Shown here: positions 1 through 9,516 of the stretch, piece by piece
Position numbering within the stretch: position 1 is the first letter of the stretch
Layout: every line of letters starts with the position of its first letter
Origin: Paenibacillaceae bacterium
GTDB lineage: Bacteria; Bacillota; Bacilli; Brevibacillales; Brevibacillaceae
Direction: 5' to 3'
DNA length: 32,000 nt
Assembly: GCA_041920505.1 (NCBI GenBank)
Contig: JBHGXV010000049.1
Location: forward strand, 88,734-120,733
The notes under the pieces: model-generated
Databases searched by the model: none
What the model was told of the DNA's origin: nothing
What the model saw: only the letters and a program-made list of their open reading frames with translations
Translations under genes and position numbers: made by a program

Positions 1-1180
1 ACTGACGCTCGTAATACTGCTCCAGCCCGGACACGCCGACGCGGTCAGTCGGACTGTACCCCTGAGCGAGGTATTCGTTCAGCTCCTGGGGCCGGATGGC
101 GTTGATGTAACCGAGGATGTGCGTCGCGATCGGCCCGCCGTCCTCGTCCTTGCGAATCTGCCGGATTGGCTCGACAATGACGCTGATGCCCGGCAACTCC
201 GTGCGCCGTTCCTCGATTTTAAACATCTCTTCCTGCGAGATGTTCACCTTGATCCTGCGGGGAATGTAGCTGGCGATGCCGTACGAACGCATCGCGTTCA
301 AAATCTCCAGCTTGCGCCACTGGAACTGGCGCTGCTCCGCCGAAAGCGGCAACGGCACGTTCAGATCGAACATCGCCGCCAGCTTCAAGAGCTTCATGTC
401 GTCCAGTTTGTTTAGTTCAGAGGGATCGGGCAGCGTCCGCAGTTGTGCCTTCAGGTTCTTTTTCAGATTGTCGCGCGCGTCGCTGTCCAGCGTGAGCGGC
501 ACCTTCAGATTGGCCTTGAACGCCTGCTGCAACAGATCAAAATCGGAGATGTCCTTGTCCTTGGCGTCCGCCGGATCGCTCATCGCCTCAATTTGCGCGG
601 CCAGTTTCTTCTTGAGACTGTCGCGCTGTTCCTCCGTAAACGGCACGTTAAACCTGAGCCCGACGGCCATCGCTGTTTTGATCAGATCCGCGTCGGAAAA
701 GGTGTCGATGGCCGATAAGGCAGGCAGAGCCCGAAGTCTCGGCTCGATCATCCCGATCAGTTTGGCCGTCTCGGCAGGGCCGAACGAAACGGGCAGCGAT
801 GCGTGCAATTCCAGCGCTTTTTTCAGCAATTCCTTGTCCGTCCCCGGTTGTTCATCATCCATCTTCAGAATGCCGGCAAGCTTTTCCGCCACCAGCTCCT
901 CGTCGATTTTCTGGTTTTGCTCCTGAACGTACGTGACCGTGTACACCGGACGGTTGGAGACCAGCACCTCCCCGTTTCGGTCGAGAATGCGGCCGCGCGG
1001 TGCGGGAATCGGCAACTCGCGGGTGCTGTACTTCTCCAGATCGTGCTTGTATTGTTCGCCCTCGACCAACTGCACGTAGGCGAGGCGCAAAATAATCGCC
1101 GCAAAGAACAGGAACACGATAAAGAACAGGATGTTCAGTCTCACCGGGATATGAGACTGTTCCGCTTTCTTTTCTCCCAC
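1..1180 (-). CDS. Penicillin-binding protein 2-type transpeptidase (elongasome PBP). N-terminal about 393 codons; the 3' end runs off the window.
   Basis: Not in the ORF track because it has no stop inside the window. My minus-strand translation from GTG at 1180 gives VGEKKAEQSHIPVRLNILFFIVFLFFAAIILRLAYVQLVEGEQYKHDLEKYSTRELPIPAPRGRILDRNGEVLVSNRPVYTV... and is still open at nt 1-130 (IATHILGYINAIRPQELNEYLAQGYSPTDRVGVSGLEQYYERQ). It shows a TM anchor, the RGxIxDRNG motif and the HILGY...SGLE block typical of the PBP2/MrdA dimerisation domain. RBS AAGGGGTGAGG lies upstream. It sits directly after mreD. Confidence 0.85.
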   Translation of the reverse strand, partial: MGEKKAEQSHIPVRLNILFFIVFLFFAAIILRLAYVQLVEGEQYKHDLEKYSTRELPIPAPRGRILDRNGEVLVSNRPVYTVTYVQEQNQKIDEELVAEKLAGILKMDDEQPGTDKELLKKALELHASLPVSFGPAETAKLIGMIEPRLRALPALSAIDTFSDADLIKTAMAVGLRFNVPFTEEQRDSLKKKLAAQIEAMSDPADAKDKDISDFDLLQQAFKANLKVPLTLDSDARDNLKKNLKAQLRTLPDPSELNKLDDMKLLKLAAMFDLNVPLPLSAEQRQFQWRKLEILNAMRSYGIASYIPRRIKVNISQEEMFKIEERRTELPGISVIVEPIRQIRKDEDGGPIATHILGYINAIRPQELNEYLAQGYSPTDRVGVSGLEQYYERQ

Positions 1181-1223
1181 ACACCTCACCCCTTCGTTCC
1201 CGCTTCAAAGGCCCGCCCGCGAT

Positions 1224-1751
1224 CTACTCGCGCTGCCCTTCCTTGCTGATCCGTATGGACGCGCACATCTTGGACAGCGGCGCATACACCAACAGCGCAA
1301 ACGCCAGATTCAGACCGACACTCGGGAGAATGCGCTTCGCCACAATCCATTGCACATCAACAGGCGCCGCCGAAAATAACCGGTATAGACTGTACAAAAG
1401 CCACTCGTGTCCAAACAGCACAAGCACCGTGGTCGCGACCACAACGGCCACGCTGCGGTGAAACAACAGAAAAATCAACCCGGCAAAATAGCCGGCAGCC
1501 ATCATCGACAAGGTGTGGAAGCCGATCACCTTGCCAAACAGCACGTCTTGCAAAAAACCAAAACACATGCCGTACACAAGCCCTTCCCGCCTGCCGAGAA
1601 ACAGCGCGATCAAAATAACGCCGACAAGCGCAAAGCGGGGTTCCGTCATCCACGACAGACCCCATGCGCTCGGCGTCAGCAACTGCAGCACCGTTCCTTC
1701 CAGCAAAAAGAGCAACAGCAGGGTAAGCGTCAACCAGACGCGCGGCATCAT
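1224..1751 (-). CDS. mreD: Rod shape-determining protein MreD
   Basis: 175-aa polytopic hydrophobic protein. Its ATG overlaps the mreC stop (ATGA at 1748-1751). The position after mreB-mreC is canonical. Confidence 0.85.
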   Translation of the reverse strand: MMPRVWLTLTLLLLFLLEGTVLQLLTPSAWGLSWMTEPRFALVGVILIALFLGRREGLVYGMCFGFLQDVLFGKVIGFHTLSMMAAGYFAGLIFLLFHRSVAVVVATTVLVLFGHEWLLYSLYRLFSAAPVDVQWIVAKRILPSVGLNLAFALLVYAPLSKMCASIRISKEGQRE

Positions 1752-2650
1752 TGGCCACCTCCGGACGGCTCCAACTCGCCTGTCGGCGTGGTGACAAACG
1801 CGCGCTCGACGACCATCACCTCGTTGATCTGGGTGAAGTCCGCGCTCGGTTGCACGTACGCCGTCTGCGTCAGACCGTAGTCGCCGGGCTCGACGCGCAC
1901 CACCGTGCCGATCACCAGCCCGCGCGGCACCACGCCGCCCATTCCGGATGTGACAACTTGCTGGTTTGCTTCAATTTTCTGTCCGAGCGGGATTTTCCGC
2001 ATCACCAACAGCCGTTCCCGAGGATCGTACTCTTCGATCACCCCGGGGCTTCGGGTGTAGACGGTCTGCCCGTTCACCTGCTCCTGCCCGAGAATCAAGG
2101 CGGAGATGTGGTCGCTGCGTTCGATGTTGGTCAACAGTTCCACCGTGGAAGAAAAGTTGGCCACGCTTTGCACCCGGCCGATCAGCCCGGTGGCGGTGAT
2201 CACGGCCATGTCCTTTTTGATGCCGTGTTTGCTTCCCTTGTCGATCGTAATCACGTCATTCCAGTGATCAGACGTGCGCGCCACCACCTCGGCCACGCGG
2301 AGCTGATAGTCGTGCAGCCTGGTTTTGGCATCGAGAAGCGTCCGAAGCCGCTGGTTTTCCGCCTCCGTCAACTGAAGCTGCGCGGTCACCTGGGCGTACT
2401 TTTCCAGGCTTGCCTTTAACGCCCGGTTTTCTTCATAAACGTGATAGGCGGCACGCACCTCGCCAAAAAAGGCAGAAACAGCTTGAGCAGGGCGATAAAA
2501 CAAGCCCTGCACCACGCTGAACGTATCTTTTAAAAATTTTTCCGGCCACGTCAGGGCGGCTCGTTCCCGCGACGTGAATCCCATCACGGAGATGAGCAAA
2601 ACGAGCCCGACGAGCACGATCATCAGTCGCTTGTTACCGAAGAACGACAT
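1748..2650 (-). CDS. mreC: Rod shape-determining protein MreC
   Basis: 300 aa with an N-terminal TM (LMIVLVGLVLLISVMGF), a coiled-coil segment (ENRALKASLEKYAQVTAQLQLTEAENQRLRTLL) and a beta-rich C-terminal domain (GLIGRVQSV..., VVTSGMGGVVPRGLVIGTV). RBS GGGAGA lies 8 nt upstream. Confidence 0.9.
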   Translation of the reverse strand: MSFFGNKRLMIVLVGLVLLISVMGFTSRERAALTWPEKFLKDTFSVVQGLFYRPAQAVSAFFGEVRAAYHVYEENRALKASLEKYAQVTAQLQLTEAENQRLRTLLDAKTRLHDYQLRVAEVVARTSDHWNDVITIDKGSKHGIKKDMAVITATGLIGRVQSVANFSSTVELLTNIERSDHISALILGQEQVNGQTVYTRSPGVIEEYDPRERLLVMRKIPLGQKIEANQQVVTSGMGGVVPRGLVIGTVVRVEPGDYGLTQTAYVQPSADFTQINEVMVVERAFVTTPTGELEPSGGGQ

Positions 2651-2666
2651 GATTCACGTCTCCCGC

Positions 2667-3785
<1,119 letters not shown>

Positions 3786-4487
3786 TTACAGGTATCCCTG
3801 CTCTTTCAGGCTGATGTAACGTCCGTCTCCAATGATCAGATGATCCAACAGCGCAATGCCGACCAGTTCGCCGACGTCGCGCAGCGTCCGGGTGACGGCG
3901 ATGTCTTCCTGGCTGGGCGTCGGATCACCGCTCGGATGGTTGTGCAGGCAGATGATGGAGGCGCAACTGCGCTTGATCGCTTCCTTGTACACTTCGCGCG
4001 GATGGACGATTGAGGCGTCCAGACTGCCGACAAACACCGTCTGTTTGCCGATCACCTGATTCTTGGTGTTGAGAAACAGGCAAATGAAGTGCTCCTGCGT
4101 CAGGTGGCGCATCTCCGGCATCATCAGCTCCGCGACGTCGCGCGGCAAGCGGATCGACGTCGAGCGCTCCCGCACGCCGTTTCGGTACAGTCGCCTGCCC
4201 AGTTCAAACGCGGCGTGCAGTTCAACCGCTTTCACCGGCCCGATCCCCCTGATCCGGACCAATTCCTCGTGGGAGGCCTGGGCCAGACCGCGCAAATCGC
4301 CAAAGGTGGCCAACAGGCGCTGGGCCAGCGCGTGCGCCGTTTCACTCCCCGTTCCTGTCCGAAGCAAAATCGCCAGCAACTCGGCGTCGGCGAGCGGCGC
4401 AGGTCCATGAAAGAGCAGTCGCTCGCGCGGACGTTCGTATAAAGGGACGTGTTTCATGCCCGTTTTGTTGCAGGTACTGTTTTCCAT
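3786..4487 (-). CDS. radC: RadC-family JAB/MPN-domain protein (UPF0758)
   Basis: PLYERPRERLLFHG...LADAELLAILLRTG (HhH region) plus the JAMM-like motif HNHPSGDPTPSQEDI. The start at ATG 4487 (MENSTCNK...) has RBS GGGAGA 7 nt upstream. The ATG at 4457 is an alternative. Confidence 0.88.
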   Translation of the reverse strand: MENSTCNKTGMKHVPLYERPRERLLFHGPAPLADAELLAILLRTGTGSETAHALAQRLLATFGDLRGLAQASHEELVRIRGIGPVKAVELHAAFELGRRLYRNGVRERSTSIRLPRDVAELMMPEMRHLTQEHFICLFLNTKNQVIGKQTVFVGSLDASIVHPREVYKEAIKRSCASIICLHNHPSGDPTPSQEDIAVTRTLRDVGELVGIALLDHLIIGDGRYISLKEQGYL

Positions 4488-4562
4488 GCATCCGTCTCCC
4501 CTCGCAGGTACTTGCGGCACGCGCTACCGGGTGACGGATCATGAAGTGATGGCAGACTGCCG

Positions 4563-5153
4563 CTATCCTTCCAAAAATGTCACGCCAAAACGGGACAGCA
4601 ACCGGGCCGTCAGGTTCAGCGGCAGACCGACGACGGTAAAGTAATCGCCGACGATTCCCTCGACGATCGTCGCGCCAATCCCCTGGATGGCGTACGCGCC
4701 CGCCTTGTCCATCGGTTCGCCGGTGGCGATGTAGGCGCGAATCTCCCGCTCTGACAGGGGCCGGATCTGCACCCGCGTCGACTGATGGGCCACTTCGGTC
4801 CGCCCTGTGGCGGCATCCACCAGAGCCACTCCGCTGTACACGGTATGCTCCCGCCCCTGCAACGACTGAAGCATCCGAAACGCTTCCGCCTCGTCACCGG
4901 GCTTGCCGAGAATCCGACCGTCCAACACCACGATCGTGTCCGAGCCGAGGACGACGCCTTCCCCGACTTTCCCGGCAACGGCCCTGGCCTTCCTTAGAGA
5001 GAGCGTCTCCACGACCTCGGCCGGGCTCATCTCTTGTTCAACCGTCTCGTCCGCGTCGCTGGTCATCACGGTAAACGGCAGACCTAGCGTCTGAAGCAAC
5101 TCCCTGCGCCGCGGGGAAGACGAAGCCAAAATCAACGTCGCTGTGCTCTGCAT
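4563..5153 (-). CDS. maf: Maf-like nucleoside triphosphate pyrophosphatase / septum formation protein
   Basis: MQSTATLILASSSPRRRELL...GKPGDEAEA...KAGAYAIQG are the Maf family signatures. The track's start at 5165 adds 4 residues. ATG 5153 is preferred because of its resemblance to the typical Maf N-terminus. Confidence 0.9.
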   Translation of the reverse strand: MQSTATLILASSSPRRRELLQTLGLPFTVMTSDADETVEQEMSPAEVVETLSLRKARAVAGKVGEGVVLGSDTIVVLDGRILGKPGDEAEAFRMLQSLQGREHTVYSGVALVDAATGRTEVAHQSTRVQIRPLSEREIRAYIATGEPMDKAGAYAIQGIGATIVEGIVGDYFTVVGLPLNLTARLLSRFGVTFLEG

Positions 5154-5166
5154 GCGTTCTCCCATC

Positions 5167-5409
5167 CTATTTCATTCTGCGGTAGAGCCAAAAGGCAAGG
5201 GCGAGTCCGCCAATGCTGGCCAGGTTTAGTTTTACCTGAAACGTCAAATCGTACTTCACGACCTCCAAATCGGCGGAGGGAGACCACGTAATCAGCTTGC
5301 TTGCTTTCATGAACGGCAGCCAGGGTGATAGCACCTCGCCGAGTATGCTGCCAAACAACAGCCCCGCAAGCAGCACGACAACCAAGACCAGCGTCTCTTT
5401 CCCCTTCAT
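5167..5409 (-). CDS. Small two-TM membrane protein (DUF4321-like, recalled from memory)
   Basis: 80 aa: MKGKETLVLVVVLLAGLLFGSILGEVLSPWLPFMKASKLITWSPSADLEVVKYDLTFQVKLNLASIGGLALAFWLYRRMK. The track's ORF (to 5649) overlaps the terminator and promoter mapped upstream, so the internal ATG at 5409 is used. The family name is recalled, not searched. Confidence 0.6.
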   Translation of the reverse strand: MKGKETLVLVVVLLAGLLFGSILGEVLSPWLPFMKASKLITWSPSADLEVVKYDLTFQVKLNLASIGGLALAFWLYRRMK

Positions 5410-5465
5410 TCTCTCTCGTCCCTCGTCCCTTCGCTGGGAAGGGAAAAAGATTTTAACCACATTCA

Positions 5466-5494
5466 AGTGTAGCAAATGGGGGGGAGGGAGACAA
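5466..5494 (-). promoter_or_regulatory. Candidate sigma-A promoter for the DUF4321-maf-radC-mreBCD-pbp2 transcription unit
   Basis: On the minus strand: TTGTCT (5494-5489), 17-nt spacer, then TGCTACACT, an extended -10 (TACACT at 5471-5466). It lies about 55 nt upstream of the 5409 ATG, just downstream of the terminator at 5522-5573. Confidence 0.5.
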
Positions 5495-5521
5495 TCCCCG
5501 AATCCGTTCGTGACGCTATCG

Positions 5522-5573
5522 TATAAAAAGACAGACCCTTGTTGCAAGCAAGACTTGCCCCAACAGTCTGTCT
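5522..5573 (-). terminator. Rho-independent terminator after the SPOR-domain gene
   Basis: On the minus strand: TGA stop, GAAAAG, then AGACAGAC...(inner GCAAG/CTTGC pairing)...GTCTGTCT followed by TTTTTAT. The outer 8-bp arms are 5566-5573 and 5529-5536. Confidence 0.7.
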
Positions 5574-5579
5574 CTTTTC

Positions 5580-6509
5580 TCAGGATGTTGTTTGCACCCA
5601 GCGGGCGCAGTTCTCCAGATAGGCGAGCACCCCCGCCTGCACCTGCCACGCGTAGGATTCGGCGTTGGCCGGTTTCAGTTGATCGAGGGCCGTCATCGCC
5701 TGGTTAAGTCCGTTCACCATGCCGGTGACGTACGGTTGCAGGTCGTCCGGCAAGGCGGCCTGCACGGCCCGGCCTTCCTCGACAAAGCGAAGGTGGGTCT
5801 CTTTCCACTTGGCCAACTCTTCGGCGTCCACCGGTTTGTCTTTCTGCTGGCCGTTTACCGTCCGAGACGACCAGGCGGCCAGATTGCGGGCCAACTCTGT
5901 TCCGTCGGCAAAAAAAGACTCCAGCTTGTCGGATGAACCATCCGCCGCTTTTGGCAACGCCTGTTTCAGCGCGAGCGGTTTGTCCAATCCAGGGAGCTTC
6001 CATTCTTTTACATATACATCCATTTGCCTGTTCTTGTAGAACGTTGCCAGTCCGAGAATGTCGTCCCGGTTGGGAGCGGTGGCGACAAACAGGTACTGTT
6101 TGCCCGCCGATTCGTACACGAAGTGCGGAAGGCCCTGCTGTTTCAGCGAGGACACCGCCTGGCCGGCGGCATCAGCGGAGGAAAATACGCCCGCCTGCGC
6201 CATGATAAACGTCTGCTCGGGCAAATGAACCGCCATCGTCACCGCGCCACCCGAGGCCTGGGACGAGGTGTCGGCGGCGTCTGCCGGTTTCGCGCCGTTG
6301 CCGTCCGCCGCCTCGCCGCCTTGGGGGTTTGGCGCGGTCAAGGTCTGCACAGTCCCGTCCAGCACGGACAGATAGGTGCGGGACATCTGCTCCTGCGTAA
6401 ACACGGTAAGCACGACAAACCCGAACAGCAATCCGACGGCGACACCGCCGATGGTGGTAAGAAGCAGCCTGAATCCCGGCCTTCCCAGAAACAGCCTGCC
6501 GCTGTCCAT
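5580..6509 (-). CDS. SPOR-domain membrane protein at the spoIIB position (possibly the 3' two-thirds of a longer gene, see findings)
   Basis: 309 aa with a TM (LLLTTIGGVAVGLLFGFVVLTVF) and a SPOR-like block (FIMAQAGVFSSADAAGQAVSSLKQQGLPHFVYESAGKQYLFVATAPNRDD). It lies between the prepilin-peptidase locus and maf, as spoIIB does in B. subtilis. Confidence 0.7.
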   Translation of the reverse strand: MDSGRLFLGRPGFRLLLTTIGGVAVGLLFGFVVLTVFTQEQMSRTYLSVLDGTVQTLTAPNPQGGEAADGNGAKPADAADTSSQASGGAVTMAVHLPEQTFIMAQAGVFSSADAAGQAVSSLKQQGLPHFVYESAGKQYLFVATAPNRDDILGLATFYKNRQMDVYVKEWKLPGLDKPLALKQALPKAADGSSDKLESFFADGTELARNLAAWSSRTVNGQQKDKPVDAEELAKWKETHLRFVEEGRAVQAALPDDLQPYVTGMVNGLNQAMTALDQLKPANAESYAWQVQAGVLAYLENCARWVQTTS

Positions 6510-6665
6510 CCGCTGCTCAAGCCAGCGGCGGATCAGCAGGCGCGGACGAAACGACCGGCTGCCGCCCTCTCTCTCTGTTCCCTCCCCGTCCGGATCGGCG
6601 TCGTCGCCCGCCCAAACCTGCTCTGGTCCGTACGGGGCCGCGTCTGCCTCTTCGGAGCCGTTCCC

Positions 6666-6938
6666 CTACTGATCGGCAGTTTCTTTTCTTAGCGCCGCCT
6701 GCCTGCGCAACTGGGACAATCGCTCCATCGCGTCTTCTCCCTCGGTACCCGGTCCGGACGGCTCTTCTGCGCCCTCCTGGTCGCGCGGCAAGGTTTCATC
6801 CTCTGCCTGTTTTTGGGCAACAGCGTTCGCCGGATGGTTTGTCCACTCGCCTGCGCGGCCGGGCGCGTCCGGTTTTTGGCCCGGCTGGTTGTGCAACTTG
6901 ACGGAAATCCGTGTGGGACTGATCGCTTTTATCTCCAA
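6666..6938 (-). CDS. Small acidic ORF, same frame as the SPOR gene and separated from it by a single TAG; probably the N-terminal part of that gene
   Basis: A TTG at 6938 is preceded by GAGGAGG with an 8-nt spacer, giving (M)EIKAISPTRISVKLHNQPGQKPD...EDAMERLSQLRRQAALRKETADQ then TAG (6668-6666). The track's longer version starts at 6992. Confidence 0.4.
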   Translation of the reverse strand: MEIKAISPTRISVKLHNQPGQKPDAPGRAGEWTNHPANAVAQKQAEDETLPRDQEGAEEPSGPGTEGEDAMERLSQLRRQAALRKETADQ

Positions 6939-7027
6939 TGAAAGAACCTCCTCGCTCCCCGAATCTGCTAGTATCAGCATACGAGGAAGCAAAGGAGGTT
7001 ATGACAGTTTGTCCGCCGTTTCGCTCT

Positions 7028-7744
7028 TTAGTAAAACGGGTTCGTACGGTTGGCCGGCTGCGGCGCGATGATCGGCAACGGGTTCGGGAAGTACGGCTTC
7101 AGCACGGGGGCATAGTACGCGGTCAGCGTAAGCTCCGCCGTGATCTGCCGGTACTTGTCGTCCTGCGGATGGAAGTAGATGAAATTGCCGCCTACGCCGT
7201 TCATTTTCACCTGCTCGACGCGAATCGCTCTCGGCAAGGAGAGCACTTCCCGGAAAAACCGGTAGACCTGCTCGTACGTCCCGGTGATTTTGGTGGAGAT
7301 GCTGACCGTCTCAAGCCCCGGATACTCCTGCTTGTTTCCGTTCGTCCCTTCGCTGAGCGGGGTGAAGCTGACTGTATTCTGAGCGGAGGCGCCCTTTGTG
7401 CTTCCGTTGGCGCCGTCCTTGTCCTCGCTGTTTGACAGCCCGACTCCTTCCATGCTGACCCCGCTGACCGTCTCCACCCGGGTCATGTCCAACATAATCT
7501 GGTCCAGGTAAGGCGCTTCGGGAATTTTTTGCTGGTAGCCCGGCGGAAATCGCGCCGCTTCCGTCTCTGTTTTCTGAGTGGACGCCCGCCTGAGCGCCTG
7601 GAGAAACGACTCTTCCTGCTGCAAATTTTGCTGCAAGGTTTCTGCTTCCTTTTTCAGCGGAACGGTAAAAAAGTAGTAGAATCCCCCCGCCAGCACAAAC
7701 AGCGCCATCAGGATCAACAGAACCGACTGCCGGTTCAACGTCAC
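7028..7744 (-). CDS. pilO: Type IV pilus assembly protein PilO
   Basis: 238 aa: N-terminal TM (VLLILMALFVLAGGFYYFF), coiled coil (KKEAETLQQNLQQEESFLQAL), then IPEAPYLDQIMLDMTRVETVSGV and a C-terminal ferredoxin-like region. It follows pilM-pilN. Confidence 0.75.
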   Translation of the reverse strand: MTLNRQSVLLILMALFVLAGGFYYFFTVPLKKEAETLQQNLQQEESFLQALRRASTQKTETEAARFPPGYQQKIPEAPYLDQIMLDMTRVETVSGVSMEGVGLSNSEDKDGANGSTKGASAQNTVSFTPLSEGTNGNKQEYPGLETVSISTKITGTYEQVYRFFREVLSLPRAIRVEQVKMNGVGGNFIYFHPQDDKYRQITAELTLTAYYAPVLKPYFPNPLPIIAPQPANRTNPFY

Positions 7745-7773
7745 AGGGAACCCCTCCTTTCACGAACAGTTTG

Positions 7774-8433
7774 TCAGTGCGGATTCGCGGCGCTGGCGGG
7801 CTCCTCTTGCGGAGCGTTCCCGTTCCCCGCCGCCTTGGGCGCGTCGGCGGACGGACGGTTTTTCTTGACCGCCAGTTCAAACGTAATCTGGTAGACGGGC
7901 GCCACCTTGCCGTCTCCGATCAGTCCCTCGGAGGCTTCGCCCTTGCTCTTTCCGAGCGACCCTACCTTTGTCAGCGTAAACGAGTCGGAGTGCTCCAGCG
8001 CCTGCATAAACCCGACCACTTCCTCGACGGTGCCGAATTTGGCGCTCAGTTTCAGCTTGTCCGGCTGGTTGAACTCAAGACTGTTCAGCACGCCGCCCGT
8101 CGGCATCAACCGGGCAATCGTATCCAAAAGCGCGTTGGTGTCGACCGATGCCTGATCGATCACCGTCGGCAATTCGACGAATCGGGCGATGTCCGGCTTG
8201 TCCGCCGACTGCTGGTTTACCGTCTGCAACTGTTGCTGCAAACGGGTCTTTTCCGCCTTCACTTGCTCAATGCGCTGCGCTAACTCCGCTTTCTGGGCCA
8301 GCGCCTGCCGGTAGTCGTGATACAAAAATCCGCCTCCGGCCAACAGCACGGCGAGACCGGCCAGCGCGATGAGAGGGACTTGCCTGATCTTCCGCTTCGG
8401 TCTGGGCAACAGGTTGATGTTGATCGTCGTCAC
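7774..8433 (-). CDS. pilN: Type IV pilus assembly protein PilN
   Basis: (GTG) TTININLLPRPKRK carries the INLLP signature of the PilN N-terminus, followed by a TM, a coiled coil and a C-terminal domain. The GTG start overlaps the pilM TGA (GTGA at 8430-8433). Confidence 0.85.
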   Translation of the reverse strand: MTTININLLPRPKRKIRQVPLIALAGLAVLLAGGGFLYHDYRQALAQKAELAQRIEQVKAEKTRLQQQLQTVNQQSADKPDIARFVELPTVIDQASVDTNALLDTIARLMPTGGVLNSLEFNQPDKLKLSAKFGTVEEVVGFMQALEHSDSFTLTKVGSLGKSKGEASEGLIGDGKVAPVYQITFELAVKKNRPSADAPKAAGNGNAPQEEPASAANPH

Positions 8434-9491
8434 GGTTGATTCACATCCTTCATCCCCAGCCCGACAGCGACAGAAAACGGCAGCGGCGAGAAGCCCTGTT
8501 CCATTGCCGTCACCCGCTCATGGCCGCACACGTGCACCGGCACCGACAGCCGCTCCTGCAGGTACAAGGCCACTTTGCCAATGTCGCCAAATTCGCCTGA
8601 AACGCAAATCTGTTCAATCTTTTTGCGTCCCTCGTTCATCGAATACTGGTAAAAGCTCATGATCCGATTCACTTCGGCAAACAGGTCATTGGCGTACCCG
8701 CTGAACTGTCCCTGCTGCTCCAACAGCGTCACGCCCTGACGGGACAGCCCGATCGACTCCTGCGGCCGGGTCTCGTCGTGAAACGGCACCGGAAGCGGGA
8801 TGTAGCGCATAAACTCGGGAATCCCCCCGGAAAAGATCGCGGCGTCGACGCCGGTCAGGGTAATGTGCAAAAGCAACACACCCGGCCCTTTCACCGTCGG
8901 CAACTCCCCCTCCAGCGCACGGTAGAGAGCGAGCGGTTCGATGTCGACCGCCACCGGCTTCAATCCCGCCAGCCGCGCCGCATCCACGTACCCTTCCACC
9001 GCGTCGCGCGGGGCGGCCACGACCAGCACGTGCAACTGTTCGCGCGGTGTTTCCCCGGTCTCCTGGGCGGCCGCGGCTTCGCCGGGCGAAAGCTGCTCGG
9101 GCGCAAGCTTGACGTAATCGAAGACGGGATCGGCGAACGGCAGGTGCAAGGTGTTTTCCATCTCCACCTCCAACAGGTCGCGAATCTCCTTGTCGGGAAC
9201 GAGCGGAATCGGCGTCCGCCGCATCACCACGATCGGCAGCGGAACGGACAGGACGACTTCTCTACCTTTGCAGCGCCAGTCGCGGACGATTTTTTCCAGC
9301 TCGAACGAGACCCACTCCAGGTTGTGCAGCCGATGGTTCTGAATCATTCCGTGCTCAATCGGAACGGTGGCGTGCCGGCGAACCCGGATGGCGCTGCCGA
9401 CCCGCACTTCCACGAGCCGCATCGCGTACGGCAAAAATTGCAGACCCAGCCGCCATTTTGTTTTTCTCGCGGGGAACAAACGCCATGCCAT
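8430..9491 (-). CDS. pilM: Type IV pilus assembly protein PilM (actin-like ATPase fold)
   Basis: 353 aa from ATG 9491, with RBS AGAGGTGA 5 nt upstream. The track start at 9572 would overlap pilD. Size, position upstream of pilN and the soluble two-lobe composition fit Gram-positive PilM. Confidence 0.75.
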   Translation of the reverse strand: MAWRLFPARKTKWRLGLQFLPYAMRLVEVRVGSAIRVRRHATVPIEHGMIQNHRLHNLEWVSFELEKIVRDWRCKGREVVLSVPLPIVVMRRTPIPLVPDKEIRDLLEVEMENTLHLPFADPVFDYVKLAPEQLSPGEAAAAQETGETPREQLHVLVVAAPRDAVEGYVDAARLAGLKPVAVDIEPLALYRALEGELPTVKGPGVLLLHITLTGVDAAIFSGGIPEFMRYIPLPVPFHDETRPQESIGLSRQGVTLLEQQGQFSGYANDLFAEVNRIMSFYQYSMNEGRKKIEQICVSGEFGDIGKVALYLQERLSVPVHVCGHERVTAMEQGFSPLPFSVAVGLGMKDVNQP

Positions 9492-9516
9492 AGTTTCACC
9501 TCTACTGGGTACAAAA

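Noticed and set aside
855-1208. 117-aa and 79-aa minus-strand ORFs, and several plus-strand ORFs, in the first 1.2 kb
   Set aside because: The real gene is the open-ended PBP2 reading frame (1-1180, minus), which the ORF track omits because it has no stop in the window. The listed ORFs are in other frames and have Arg-rich nonsense composition.
6666-6992. Small ORF after pilO as a PilP-like lipoprotein or other pilus alignment component
   Set aside because: It has no signal peptide or lipobox, an acidic low-complexity composition, and shares a frame with the downstream SPOR gene. It is better explained as that gene's N-terminal region.
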